Shown here in pieces: positions 26,671 through 40,539 of a stretch of 64,000 nucleotides of DNA. Each line of letters starts with the position of its first letter. The stretch's first letter is position 1. The position numbers and the translations under genes were made by a program. The stretch comes from the human T2T-CHM13v2.0 reference genome, Homo sapiens. The stretch lies in the NCBI RefSeq assembly GCF_009914755.1, contig NC_060929.1. One strand, given 5' to 3'. The notes under the pieces are model-generated. The model made no database searches, was not told the DNA's origin, and worked only from the letters and a program-made list of their open reading frames with translations.

Positions 26671-28199
26671 TTTCTGCTCATTTATTATCATTAATTATCA
26701 TTTATTATCATGTGGCATTACCGACTTGAGGACTCAGGGGATGGAATATGGCATTGCCAGAGAAGCTGGCAAGTGAGAGAGGAAATTTTTCAAAGGAAGA
26801 ACCCAGCAGGTGAAAGCGAGGTCCAAAATCTATATATAAATTCAGATCAAGCCATCTGATCAAATGGCTTGCTTAATTAGCCACTGAAAAACTGCTGAAG
26901 TGTAAAAGAAGCTCCATGGGGGCAAAAGAAAAGTAAGAGCTGGAAAGCTGAAAAACCAAACAGAAATGTCAGCAACTTCTTACCATAATTTGGAGTTGAG
27001 TCCAGCTTGGTCCAGTACCTGCTAGGAAAAAAACTCAACAATCTTCAGGGGAAATTTGGAAAAATTCAGAATCTTTATAAAGTATCTTTGACAATATGTA
27101 GTATAAAATACAAATACATGCAAAGAAACAAAGAAACGTGACCATGCGTCGCCCATAGTCAAGAGAAAAAATAGCCTATCAAAGCTCACCTGAGGAGAAT
27201 AAGTGCCTGAATTAGCAGACAAATACTCTAAAGTGGTCATTATAAATATATTTAAATACTAAAAGAAAAATATGTTAATAAATGAGCAGATAAAAAATAT
27301 TAATAGGGAAATATAAAGTATATGTTTTTTTAGGAATCATATAGAAATTTTCAAACTTAAAAGGTCAGTATTCAAAGATAACCTCACCAGATGGACTCTA
27401 AGTCATACCAGAGATGGCAAGAGGGCAAAAATAGATAAAAGTGAAGATACATAAAATTATTCCGTTTTAAAAGAACAAAGAAAAAAAGACTGACTTATGG
27501 AACAATATTAAGCAGTCATATACATTCTTCTGAGTTTCAAAAGAAGAGGAAAGACAATGGGACAGAAAAAAAAATATATGAATGAATAATTACTGAAAAC
27601 ATTGTAAATTTGTCCAAAAGGTTAAGAAAGCTCTGTGGCCCAAATTTGTTGAAAAACATTAACTTACAGATCCAAGAAGCTTTTTATTCTAAGTAAAATG
27701 AATCCAAAGAAAGTTATACCAAGGCATATCATACTCCATAATACATACTCTAATAACTAAAAAAATAAATAAAGAGAAAATCAAATTTCTTTCACAGTGA
27801 CCATAATAAGGATTCTCATCAGAAACACGGGAGGCAAGAAGACAAGGTAATTGCATCCTTGAAGTGCGGGGGTAAAAAAATCAGCCCAGAATTCTTTAGT
27901 CAGAAAAAAAAATCCTTCAAAAGGGAAGATAAAATAAAGACATTGCAGATAGATTAAAAATGAGATAAACTATTACTAGTAGACTTACACTATGAGAAAT
28001 GATAAAATGTTTGAGTCGAAAATTATTCTAAGATTTCACTTATTCCAAGATTACATCTGGTCTAAGCTGTACATTTGGTACAAATGGTATCTCTGAATAA
28101 ATGAAAAGTAATAGAAATGTTAAATATATAGGTTAAATTAAAAGGGTATATAATTTTGTTGTCTTAATTTCATTAAACATCAAAGAACTTTTTAAAAAT

Positions 28200-28930
28200 A
28201 ATTATTATTTTTCTTTTAAGTTCTGGGATACACGTGCAGAATGTGCAGGTTTGTTACATAGGTAAATGTGTGCCATGGTGGTTTGTTGCACCCATCAACC
28301 TGTCAGCTAGGTATTAAGCCCAGCATACATTAATGGTCTCCCCTGACACACTCCCCCAACAGGCCACAGTAAGTGTTATTCCCGTCCCTGTGTCCATGTA
28401 TCCTGTGTCCATTTTTCAGCTCCCACTTATAAGTGAGAACATGCAGTGTTTGGTTTTCTATTCCTGCATTAGTTTACTTAGGGTAAGGACTTCCAGCTTT
28501 ATCCATGTCCCTGCAAAGAACATGATCTCATTCCTTTTTTATGGCTGTGTAGTATTCCATTGTACATGTACCACATTTTATTTATCCAGTCTATCATTGA
28601 TGGACATTTGATAGGACATTTGATGGACATTTGATGTCTTTGCTATTGTGAATAGTGCTGCAGTTAACATACGCGTGCATGTATCTTTATAACAGAATGA
28701 TTTATATTCCTTTGGGTATATAGCCAGTAATGAGATTGCTGGGTCAAATGGTATTTCCAGTTCTAAATCTTTGAGGAATCTCCACACTGTCTTCCACAAT
28801 GGTTGAACTAATTTATGTTCCCAACAAAAGTGTTTCTTGACTTTTTAATAATTGCCATTCTGACTGGCGTGAGATGCTATCTCATTGTGGTTTTTAATTT
28901 GCATTTCTCTGATGATCAGGGATGTTGAGT
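28200..28930 (-). mobile_element. L1PA10/11-like 5'-truncated element with internal deletions
   Basis: ttttaagttctgggatacacgtgcagaatgtgcaggtttgttacataggtaaatgtgtgccatggtgg...ctaggtattaagcccagca. Confidence 0.88.
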
Positions 28931-30064
28931 TTATAAACCTTTCAAAGCAAGCATTATAAGCCTGTATTGTAAGGTTTATAGTGTATTAGGATGTGATATG
29001 TATGATGACAATAGCACAATGTATGAGGTAGAGTCTTTTTCCTTTTATTTTGTAGTTGATATAATAATTGCACACATTATAGGTTACAGTTATATTTCAA
29101 TACATGTATACAGTGCAAAATGATCAAACCAGGGTGATTAGCATTATCAGTCACCTCAAAGAGCCATCATTTCTTTGTGTTGTGAATATTTGAAGTCCTT
29201 TCTTCTAGCTTTAAAAAAAATATACACAAAATTAATGCTAACCTTATTCATTCCACAGTGCTAGAGAACACTAGAACTTATTCTTCCCATCTAGCTGTAA
29301 CTTTGTGTTTGTAAACCCAGCTCTCTTTATCCTTCTCTCTTCTCTACTCTACCTAAGCCTCTAACAATCACAATTCTACTCTCTACCTCTATGAGATCAT
29401 TTTTTTTTAGTTTCCACATATGAGTGAGAAAACATAGCATTTAATTTTTTATGCCTGACTTATTTAACTTAACATAATGTCCTCCAGGCTCATCCCTATT
29501 AAGATGAATGATGGATTTAATTCTTTTTTATGGCTGAATAGTATTCCATATATATCACATTTTTAAAATCCATTCATTTGTTGATATAAACTTAGGTTGA
29601 TTAAATATCTTGGGTATTGTGAATAGAACTGCAATAAGCATGGGGTCGCAGGTGTGTCCTAGATATACTGATTTTGGATAAACACCTAGTAGTGGGATTG
29701 CAGGAATTTATGGTAGTTCTATTTTTAGCTTTTTGAAAAACCTTTATACTTTTCCATAATGGCCATACTAATTTTTATTCCTACCAACAGTGTATAAGAG
29801 TTCTCTTTTCTCTGTATCCTCACCAGCATTTTTTATATATTGCCTTTTTGATGACAGCCATTATAACTAGAGGTAATATCTCACTGTGGTTTGAATTTAC
29901 ATTTCGCTGATAATTAGTGATACTGATAATTTTTGCATATACCTTTTGGCCATTTCTAAATCCTCTTCTATGAAATGCCTAGTCAGGTGTTTTGCTCATT
30001 TTTAACTCAAATTATTATTATTATTTTGCTGTTGAGTTTTTGAGCTTCATATATGTGTATATAT

Positions 30065-30340
30065 TTGCTCTGTCTCCCAGGCTGGAGTGCAGTGGCACAA
30101 TCTTGTCTCACCACAGCCTCAACCTCTTCAGCTCAAGTGATCATCCTCCCTCAGCCCCCCAAGTAGCTGGCACTACAGGTGCTTACACCACACTTGGTTA
30201 TTGTCTTCTTTTGTATTTTTTATAGAGAGGGGGTTTCACCATGTTGCCCAGGCTGGTCTTGAACTCCTGAACTCAAGTGACCTGCTTACCTTGGCCTCCT
30301 AGAGTACCGGGATTAAAGGTGTGAGTCACCATGCCCAGCC
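30065..30340 (-). mobile_element. AluJ lacking its A-tail
   Basis: J diagnostics (cacagcctcaacctc, gctcaagtgatc, gttgcccaggctgg); 3' end and tail are missing. Confidence 0.9.
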
Positions 30341-31456
30341 TTCTTGTATATTTTGTATGTTAGTTACTTATCATTCAAATGCAGTTTTCCCCTGTTTTAC
30401 AGGTTGTCTCTTCATCCTGTTCACTGGTTTTTTGTTTGTTTTGTTTTGTTTTTTTGCTGTGCAGAAGCTTTTTAGTTTGATATAGTTTCATTTGCCTATT
30501 TTTTTTCCCTGTGCTTTTGAAGTCTTTGCCATAAACATCTTTGTCTAAACCTATGTCCTAAAGCATTTCCCCTGTATTTTTTTTCATAGTGGTTTTACAG
30601 TTTGGGGTCTTACATTTGTTTTTAATCCACACTGGTTGGTTTTTGTATATGGTAAGAAATAGGGGTCCAGTTTCTTTTTTCTTTTCTTTTTTTTTTTCTT
30701 TTTTTTTTTTTTTGCATATAGATAGCCAGTTTCCAAGCATGATTTATTGAAGACAATGTCCTTTCCCCTCACTATGTTCCTGGTACCTTATTGAAAATCA
30801 GTTGGCTATAAATACATGGATTTATTTCTTGGTTCTCTAGTCTGTTACATTGGTCTATGTTTCTGTTTTTATATCAACACCATGCTGTTTGGGTTACGAT
30901 AGCTTTATAGTACATTTTGAAATCAAATAGTGTAATGCTTTGAGCTATGTTCTTTTTGTTCAGGATTTCTTTGGCTATTTGGGGTCTTTTGTAGTCCCAC
31001 ACGAATTTCAGAATTTTGTGTTTAATTTCAGTAGAGAATGTCATTGGTATTTTGATAGGGATTGCATTTAATTTGAAGATTGCTTTAGGCAGTATGGTTA
31101 TTTTAACAATATTAATTCCTTCAATTCATGAACATGGAATGTCTATTTGTCTCTTCCTTAACTTCAATTATCAGTGTGTTGTGTTGTAGTTTTCATAGTA
31201 GAAATTTTTCACTTCTTTGGTTAAATTTATAACTAGCTATGTAATCTGTTTTTGTAGCTATTACAAATGATATTGTTTTCCTTTTCAGCTATTTTTATTA
31301 TTGGCATATAGAAATCATATTGATTTGTGTATATTGATTTTGTGTCCTGTAACTGTACTTGTTTATCAGTTCTATGTGTTTTTTGATGAAGTCTTAGGTC
31401 TTGCTGTCAATAAGTAAGATCATGTCATCTGCAAAGAGAAACAACTTGACTTTCTT

Positions 31457-31776
31457 GTGTGTTTTTTTGTTTCTTTTTCTTTTTCTTTTTTTGAGACAGA
31501 GTCTTGCTGTGTCACCCAGGCTGGAGAGTACAGTGGCACAATCTCAGCTCACTGCAACCTTTGCCCCCTGGGTTCAAGTGATTCTTGTGCCTCAGCCTCC
31601 TGAGTAGCTGGGATTATAGGCACCTGCCATGATGCCTGGCTAATTTTTGTATTTATAGTAGAGATGAGGTTTCACCCTGTTGACCAGACTGGTCTCAAAT
31701 TCCTAACCTCGGGTTATCCACCTGCCTTGGCCGCCAAAAATGCTGGGATTGCAAGCATGAGCCACCACACTCAGCC
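31457..31776 (-). mobile_element. Alu (old S or Jb)
   Basis: Full antisense dimer; TSD ttgacttt at 31446 and 31777, with the right copy running into a ~30-nt T tract. Confidence 0.92.
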
Positions 31777-31778
31777 TT

Positions 31779-31814
<36 letters not shown>

Positions 31815-33619
31815 AATTTGGATACCTTTTATTTCTTTCTCTTGCCTGATTGCTCTAGCTAGGACTTGCAGTATTATGTTGAATAGGGTTCATGAAAGTA
31901 GACTAGCTGTTTTGTTCCATTTCCTAGAGGAAAAATACTTTAGCTTTTCCCCATATTGTATAATGCTACCCATAAGTTTGTCATATAGGGCCTTTAATAT
32001 GTTGAGATGTTTCTCCTTCTATGCTAATTTGTTGAGAATTTTCATCATGAAGAAATGTTGAATTTTATCAAATGCTTTTTCAGTGTATATTGATATAATA
32101 TTTCTTTGTCCTTCATTATGTTGAGGTGATATTTATTGATTTGGTGTACATTGAACTATTTTTGCATCACTGGGATAAATCTCAACTTATCATAGCATAT
32201 TGTCTTTTTGATGTGTTGTGGATTTGGTTTGCTAGTCTTGTATTGAGAATTTTTGCATATATAATTATTAGAAATAATGGCCTGTAGTTTTGTTGTTGTC
32301 GTGGTGGTGGTGGTGATGTCCTCATCTGGTTTCACTATCTGAATAATGCTAACCTCATGGAATGAGTTAGAAAGAATTTCCTTACCCTTCATTTTTTGGA
32401 ATAGAGAATAATTGGTGTGAGTTCTTTATATTTTGGTAGAATTCAGCAATAAACTCATATGGTCCTGGGCTTCTCTTTGGTGGGAAACTAGTACTTATTC
32501 AATCTCATTATTCATTACTTGTCGCCTCAGGTTTTTAATATTTTCTTAGTTGAATCTTGGTAGGTTGTGTGTATACATGAATTTATCCATTTGCTTTTGG
32601 TTTTTCCATTTGTTAGTATATAGGTGTTTACTTTAGTCTCTAAAGATCTATTTTATTTCTGTGGTATCTGTTATGTCTCCTTTTTCATTTCTGATTTTAG
32701 GTGTTTCGATTTTCTCTTTTTCTGTCAGATAATCTAGTTCTTGGTTTTCTATTTTCCTTATATTTTCAACAAGCCAGCTTTTTTTGCTGATCCTTTGTAT
32801 CCTTTTTAGTCTCTATTATGTTTAGTTCTGCTATGATCTTTATTATTTTTTTCCTTCACTAACTTTGGGCTTGGTTTGTTCTTGCTTTTCTAGTTTTTAT
32901 GAACTGCATAATTAGGCTGTTTATTTGAAATCTTTCTACTTTTTGATTGAAGTGTTTATTGCTATAAATGTCTCTCCTCATACTGCTTTTGCTGTATTCT
33001 ATACATTTTGGTATGTCGTGTCTCCATTTTTGCTTGTTTCAAAATTCTGGTGATTTTCTTCTCAATTTCTTCATGAACCCAATAGTTGTTCAAGATCATG
33101 TTATTTAATTTCCATTTATTTTTACAGTTTTCAAAGTTTCTCTTATTTTTGATTTCTGGTTCTGTTCCATTGTGGTCTAAAGAGATTTTTTAAAATTATT
33201 TTTTAAATGTTTGTTGAGACTTGTTTTGTGTCTCAACATAAGGTCTATCCTGGATAATGTTTCATGTGCTGTAAGAAGAATATGTATTCTGTAGCTGATG
33301 GATCAAATGTTCTGTAAATGTCTACTAGGTCCATGTGGTCTATAGTTCAGATTAATTCCAATGTTTCTTTGTTGATTTTTTTTTTTTGTCTAGATGATCT
33401 CCCCAATGCTGAGTAGAAATAGGGTATTGAAGTTCCAAACTATCATCTTATTTGAGTTTATCTCTCCCTTTCAATCTAATAATATTTGCTTTATATATCC
33501 GAGTGCCGTAGTTTTTAGTGCATATGAATTTATAATTGTTTTGTTCTCTTGTGGAATTGATCCCTGTATCATTATATAATGACTTTCTTTGCCTCTTTTA
33601 CGATTTTCGCCTAAGATTA

Positions 33620-33979
33620 GGTTATGGTTTGGCCGTGCCCCCACCCAAATCTCATCTTGAATTGTAGCTCCCATAACTCCCACATGTTGTGGGAGGGACC
33701 TGGTGGGAGATAATTGAATCATGGGGGCGGTTCCCCCATACTATTATCATGGTAGTGAATAAGTCTCACAAGATCTGATGGTTTTTTAAGGGGTTTCTCT
33801 TTTTGCTTGCTTCTCATTCTCTCTTTGCCTCCCACCATCTAAGAGGTGACTTTTGCTTCCCATTATGATTGTGAGGCCTCCCCACCAATGTGGAACCGTG
33901 AGTCCATTAAACCTTTTCCCTTATAAATTACCCAGTCTCAGTTATGTCTTTATCAGCAGTGTGAAAGCAGACTAATACA
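33620..33979 (+). mobile_element. THE1 solo LTR inserted in L1MA
   Basis: ggttatggtttggccgtgcccccacccaaatctcatcttgaattgtagctccc...gactaataca; 5-bp TSD gatta at 33615-33619 and 33980-33984. Confidence 0.95.
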
Positions 33980-35818
33980 GATTATTTTGTCTGCCATAAG
34001 TATAGCTACATTTTTATGCTTACATGATTTTTTTTTCTATCATTTCACTTTCAGTCTGTGTGTTGTTACAGGTGAAGTGAGTTTCTTTTAGGCAGAATAT
34101 AGTTGAGTTCTCTTTTATATATTTTTTAATCCATTCAGCCATTCTGTAACATTTAATTGGCAAACATAAATGGTTAACGTTCAAGGTTGTTATTGATAGG
34201 TAAGGACTTACTCCTCTTATTTTTGTTAATTGTTTTCAGATTGTTTTGTACACTGTTTCTTCCTTTGTTCCTTTTTTTTATCTTTACGATTTGGCGATTT
34301 GCTTTAGTGATAATATTTGTCTTCCTTTTTTCTTATTTGTATATCTTCTCTACCAGTGAGTTTTATATTTTCATGAATTTTCATGATGGTAGATATTATC
34401 CTCTCACTGTTAGATGTAGGACTCTTTTAAGCATTTCTTGCAGGTCAATCTAGTGTTGATAAATTCTCTCAGATTTTGATTGTCTTGGAAAAACTTTATT
34501 TTTCCTTTTGAAGGATATCTTTGCTGGTTATTTTATTCTTCATTAACTTATTTTTTCTTTCATTACTTGAATATATCATTCCATTACATCCTGAACTGTA
34601 AGGTTTTTGCTGAGAAATCTGCTGTTATTGTCATGGAGATTCTCTTAACTGTAGTTTGATGCTTTTTTCTTGCCGTTTTAAAAATTATCTTTCTGTCTTT
34701 ATCTTTAGATAGTTTGACTATAATGTGCATCAGAGAATACCTTTGGGATTGAGTCTGCTTGGCGATCTTTAAGCTTCTTGGATTTGGATGTCCATAAATC
34801 TTCAAAGACTTGGGAAGTTTTAGCTATTATTTCATTAAATAGATTTTCTATGCCTTTTCTCATCTCTTCTCCTTCTGGAACATACAAAACTTGAACATTT
34901 GTTTACTTGATGGCATGTGTCCCTTGTGTCACATAGACATTCTTCATTCTTTTTATTATTTTTGTTTTTTTGTTACCTGACTGTGCTGTTTCAAAAGACC
35001 TGTCTTCAATCAGACATTCTTTTTTTCCTGCTTGACCTAATCTACTGTTAAAGCTTTCCTTTGTATTTTTTTGTTTCATTCTTTGAATTCTTCAGTTCCA
35101 GGATTTGTATTTGGTTCCTTTTTATGATATCTCTTTGTTGAGTTTTTCATTCAGATTATAAATTGTTTTCCTGATACTTTTGTATTTTCTACTTGTGTTC
35201 TCTTGTATTTTACTGTTTCCGTAAGATTATTATTTTGAATTTATTTTTAGGCATTTCATCGATTTCCTTTCACTTGGGGTCTATTATTGGAGAATTATTA
35301 TGTTCCTTTGAATGTGCTGTGTTTCATTGCTCTTTCATGTTTCTTCTCTCTTTATGTTGACAGAATATATCTGTGCATATGGTGTAATGGTCACTTCTTC
35401 CAATTGTATTGAGTAGCTTTTGGAAAGAAAGATATTTTCCTGTAGATGTTATATAGTATGGACTGAGTAGGGTACATTGGCTTTGATTTTGTGTTGGTGC
35501 CATATTGTTTATTCAGTTGTAATAAATGTCAGTGGTGTCTGTGACTCAGTAACTTAAACTGAGGTTGTTCATGGAGTCTATTATAAGGCTTTGTTGGTAA
35601 CAGTAGTACCAGTTGGGCTGGTCTTGAAACTCCTGCGTGGTATATGCAGGCATTTGTGGTGGTAGTGAAACGCTGGGTAGGTATGTCCTTGAATCCCTGG
35701 GTGGGGCATATGGGTGCCAGCAATGGTGGCAGTGACCTAGGACAGCCTGCTTGAGGTAGAGTGTTTTAACAGAAATATATTACTGCATGTAGTATGACAT
35801 GTTAAAATGTGAATTCTA

Positions 35819-36112
35819 GCCAGGCGCGGTGGCTCATGCCTATAATCCCAGCACTTTGGGAGGCCGAGGCAGGCAGATCACAAGGTCAGGAGTTCAAAAC
35901 CAGCCTGGCCAACATGGTGAAACCCCGTCTCTACTAAAAAAATACAAAAATTAGCCAGGCATGTGACATGCACCTGTAATCCCAGCTACTTGAGAGGCTG
36001 AGGCTGGAGAATCCTTGAACCCAGGAGGTGGAGGTTGCAATGAGCCAAGATCACACCACTACACACCAACCTGGGTGACACAGCAAGACTCCATCTCAAA
36101 AAAAAAAAAAAA
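35819..36112 (+). mobile_element. AluS (Sg-like)
   Basis: gatcacaaggtcaggagttc (2-nt deletion form) with cagcctggccaacatgg; TSD gtgaattcta at 35809-35818 and 36113-36122. Confidence 0.94.
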
Positions 36113-39100
36113 GTGAATTCTACATAGACTGAGATAAGTCAAGAATGTGTAGAGAAATCTCTACAAAAGGCATTAAAAACAAAGAGGAAACTAAAATTTT
36201 AATAGATAAATGAAAATTGGAATTTTAATAAAATATTTACATAATTCAAGAAAGGTAGAATGGGAAAAACACAGTAACAGCAAATAGGTGACATAGATAG
36301 GAAACAGCAAAATGGTTAGCCTAAATCAATTAACATCAATAAGCTTACCAGATATACGTGAAATAGTCATTGGATAAAAAAGCAAGATGTGACCATATAC
36401 TAGTGCCAAAAGATGGACTTTGAATATAAAGAGAGATTATTTGAAGGTAAAAGTATTGAGAAAAAGATATATCATACAAACAGCACAATAAAGCTGGAGT
36501 GATTATATCAGGCAAAATAGATTTCACGACAAGGAGTATTAACAGACATAATGAATAAAGGTAACTACAAAAAAAAGTTGAATTCACAAAGATTTAAACA
36601 TTATAAATTTGCATGTACTTAATAATAGAGCTTCAAAGTGCATGAAACAGAAATTGACAAAACCAAAAGGAGAAAAAGACAATCTACAAATAGAGATGGA
36701 TATTTTAACACCTTGGTGCAGTATTTGGAAGAAAAAATCTAGGCAAAAGTATCAATATAAACATAGAAGACGTGAAAATCATTAAAATCTACCTTAACCT
36801 TACCTAACTGAATTTATATTTTACTGCACACAACAGTGGCTTAAAGTCTTTTTAGGTGTATCTGGAATATTCATCAAACATAGACTCTAAATTAAATTAC
36901 AAAATACAAATGATTGAAATTTTACAGAATATAGTCTCTGACAACACAAGAAATTAGAAATTAGTAACAATAAAGTATTTAGAAAAGCCCCCAATATCTG
37001 AAAATGAATAACATACCTCTAAATAGCTCATGGATCAAGAAGAAACTACAAGGGAAATTAGAAATTATACTAAACTAAATGATAATGAAAACATATCAAA
37101 ATTTGTGAGAGGCAGTTAAGATTATTAATACTTTTCTTGTTTTTTTTCTCCTTAAACTTTAGGCAGAAGAAGGAGTAAAGAAAGCATAAATTCTGTATCT
37201 GTGTTTGGGTAAATATATTTTTATTAGGTATGCCCAGCACAGAGATTTACTTGTAGTAAAGAGCAATGCCAGATACTTAAATATTGCTTCCCACTTCGTG
37301 ATTCTAATTTTATAAATATTTCTATCAATCTGTTGGTATCTATTTTAACCAGCCCTCATGGTTAAGTCTCTGAACATGACAAAAGTCTTTGAACTACTCT
37401 ACCAAGAGTGACACAGTCTCCATCAAGCTCTGGAGCCATGTAGTCATGGCAGAGCAAAGAGTATTTAGCTCACTGGGGATTGGAATTCAGCATCGTTACA
37501 AATGGACACAGTTCACACTGGGACACGATATCTCCTTGGATGTCTGGATAATCTCCACTTTCTTTTTTGCCCTCATAGCTGATATGGTCCAGGGATTCTG
37601 CCTCTTCTACATTTTCTCCCCTGTTAGAATGGAGGTCCTAAATCCAGTCAACTGACTGGAGCTAGTATTCTTCCTAGGCCAGGACAGCCCTTTCCTTAAT
37701 GTAGGCAGATCAGGCCAAAATAATGATTGTTGAAAATGATATAGAAAGATGAATAGAATTGTGCTTTCTTTGCTATCCTAGGGTATGAAAACATATTCTG
37801 TTCTCCCTTTTCCCTGTAATTCTACAAACATCTACTGCACACTTAAACAGAATCTGCAAATTTCTCCCCTGAAAGCCAGAGAAGTTTCTCTGCCACACAC
37901 CAGCTCTTTCTCTTTGACACGTAAGAAGATGTATCCTTTCTTACCAACCAGCAGAAACTGGGACATGCACACCACTCCCGTGCCCTCCCACCTCCTTCCC
38001 AGTCTTTCCTTCTTCCACCTGAGTTGACACTTTTGCCCTTGAGAGATTCTCCTGATTACTCAAGACATTCCGTCCACTTTAAGTACAGGCCACAGGTCCC
38101 ATGGCAAGAGCATTTGTCTCTTAACATGTAGGAGTCTTTATACATTCCAGTCTCTAATGATGACAGGCTTGCAGTGGGCTCTTAATTCTTAATTTCTTAC
38201 GGAAGTTTTAGTTTTCTAAAGGCAGTCTAGGCCTTGCAGCATCTCTTCTGAATTCTATGACACATGAAAAGTGCTCAAATATTATGCCAGCCCTCATGAT
38301 TTCACAGTTCAAACTTTATCCCATCATTCTCACTTCACAAAATGCTTCCATCCACCAGAAACCCCATTTCTGTGAAGAAATGAGAAATATATTTACCCTC
38401 TAACTGGCACACTACGTATTTTAAGTGCTGACCACACAATCTTCAAACCATTTTGGTAAGACATGCAGTGAGAGCATAGTTAGAGCTGAAGATTTTCCTT
38501 ATTAAAAATTGCTGATTGCTTTTCCTTTCAGCATAAGAATGTGCACCTTATATACAAAGCCCTGCAATTCGAATGTAATTAAAACACATCCATTACCTCA
38601 CACAAATCCAATGACACACAAAAGTAGTTTAAATGGGCATATAGACCCTCAAAAGCCTTTCTAACATCAATGGGAGGTAATTTCCTGTAATTATTTGATA
38701 GTGATCAGGGCCAAGAAAATTTCATGAAATAGCTGCTGTTTCCATGATCAATAGGGTAATCTTCCTTGACACATTAAAAATAGCTAGTAATAGGTAAAAA
38801 CAACCCATGACAGATGATGAGCAACTTCTTATATTTTGAAAGTGTTTGTTGTGTCGCACTAGAAGGCTTTTTTTTTCTTTGCTATTTATCTCCAAAGCCC
38901 TGCCTTGAATTGTGACACTAACCACTGCATGTCAATTTGTAGCTCTTTCTTTATTCCAGACTTTACATTTTAGGCATTGTTGTGATTATGGCTTTATTGC
39001 CTATGGGCACAAGTACCTAGGACTTTGGGGCCATAAAGCTGCCTTTGCAGCTTGTGCCTTTTCTGACAATCCAAAAAAGTGGCTTTTCCATATTTCCTTC

Positions 39101-39224
39101 ATTTTCCTTGTCTATGATATGAAAAAGGTTTGCAGCATGGCAAGATCAATTAAGAGCAGAAACCCAAAAGCTGTTAGCTGAAAAACAAACAAAAAATACC
39201 TATGGTGAAGCGTGATTTTTGGGT

Positions 39225-39503
39225 GAAGTTAAAGGCAGGAAGCTGGTAGAGTTCATAGGTTGTTTAGTGGATTAGTTGATAGCATGTAAATATTTAAAAT
39301 GTTTATTTAAAACTACAGGTCTCTGGATTCTTTTGAAACATCAGAAGCTCTTGAAATAAAAAGTCTGGTCCTCAAGTGTCCACATTCAGTTGATTCTTCT
39401 GTTTAGGTTGGCATCTCTCTGATTGACCACTCTCCACCTGGTCTGTCTCACTCATATATATTTCCTTTTAGCCACTGTGAGCAACTGTGTTTCAGGTCCC
39501 TGG
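39225..39503. mobile_element. hAT-Charlie non-autonomous DNA transposon (MER102-like)
   Basis: tggattcttttgaaacatcagaagctct...tctcactcatatatatttcc...gccactgtgagcaactgtgtttcaggtccctg resembles the MER102 consensus as I recall it. Confidence 0.5.
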
Positions 39504-40184
39504 TCAATGACTGTTTCTCATCAAAACACCAGTATCCTTGGGAACAATAACATATTAACTGGGCCTTATGAACCGTTATACATTAATAGGAGTGTGTTTT
39601 TCTGATATTTCGGCAATTTTACCTTGTATTAACTCTGGCTAGAACTTGTTTGAAGATTCGACTTTAAGTCTTACAAACATGTATCACAATGATTTAAGTC
39701 CCCAGACATACATTTTCCAATAGGAACGGGTTATTTTCATTGAAATATAAATGCTCTACTAATATTGCCAAAGGAGGAATAGATGCACCTGAATTGTCCT
39801 GAGAAATGCCCTCACTGCGCCAGATGATCATCCCAAGATATGATGCTGGAAATCACGAGGGTTCCTGTATGCCACCGAATTATATTCAGTAACAAAGCCA
39901 CCCACCTCAGATGCCCAGGAACATCTCCCTTTTCTGTCAATCATCTCTGATCATTTCTTTAGCAGGAAGAATATCAATATCCGTCAATCTAACTTCTCAG
40001 TTGGGGTGAATTTTCTAAGATATGAAGAGACAGATGTCAAAGCTTTGGGTAACCTACAAAATTATTACATTATTATTCCTTACAACTTTATTCTGGTATT
40101 GCTATACTCCATGCTACCTGGCTAACAGTTTTATACTTTATATTGTATATTGTATTTTTATTACATGGCAAAACACACATAAGC

Positions 40185-40392
40185 TTTCTGGTCAGAAAGG
40201 TTTTAGTTTTACTCATGTTGCTATCATTTCTTAGCTGTTTGACCTTAGGCAACTTGCCTAAACTCTCAAACCCTTACCTGTAAAATAGATACAATACCAC
40301 TAACATTAGAGTTAAAATGAGTTACGTAAGATAATACACATGACAATATCTGACATATTCCTTGTACTTAGTAGTCATTTAATAAAAATTAT
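40185..40392 (+). mobile_element. MIR SINE
   Basis: cttagctgtttgaccttaggcaacttgcctaaactctc...acctgtaaaatag...gtcatttaataaaaattatt. Confidence 0.78.
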
Positions 40393-40539
40393 TTTCTCCA
40401 TTTGCCAACATCTGTTAAAAGGCATAGCTTCTGTCATTACATGCTTTCCAGCATGTCTTTGCTCCACTTATTTATACTGAAAATCAACATCTCCACTTCC
40501 ATTTCTGTAAAGTTGCAGCTTCATTGAGTCTTATGAAGT

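Larger units (their letters stand above)
29040..35751 (-). mobile_element. Long L1MA-type element (3' UTR, ORF2, ORF1, part of 5' region) with TSD
   Basis: Continuous antisense L1 homology from an L1MA 3' end (gaacactagaacttattcttccc) to ORF1 (gctgagaaatctgctgtt; gacttgggaagttttagctattatttc). TSD tgaggtagagt(c/g)tttt at 29024-29039 and 35752-35767. Confidence 0.88.
26720..37120 (+). mobile_element. Old L1M (L1MC/ME-type) 5' half (5' region, ORF1 remnant, ORF2 endonuclease remnant), host of several insertions
   Basis: ORF1-like at ~27150-28000 (aacttacagatccaagaagc...ccaaggcatatcata...ttctcatcagaaac...cagcccagaattct). Resumes at ~28935-29023 and 35768-37120 with endonuclease-like sequence (aaagctggagtgattatatcaggcaaaatagatttc...cttaataatagagcttcaaag). 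Confidence 0.75.

Noticed and set aside
22820-33979. Two same-orientation THE1 LTRs 10.8 kb apart, suggesting a provirus
   Set aside because: Each LTR has its own distinct 5-bp TSD (ctttt and gatta), the second sits inside an L1MA, and no THE1 internal sequence lies between them. They are independent solo LTRs.
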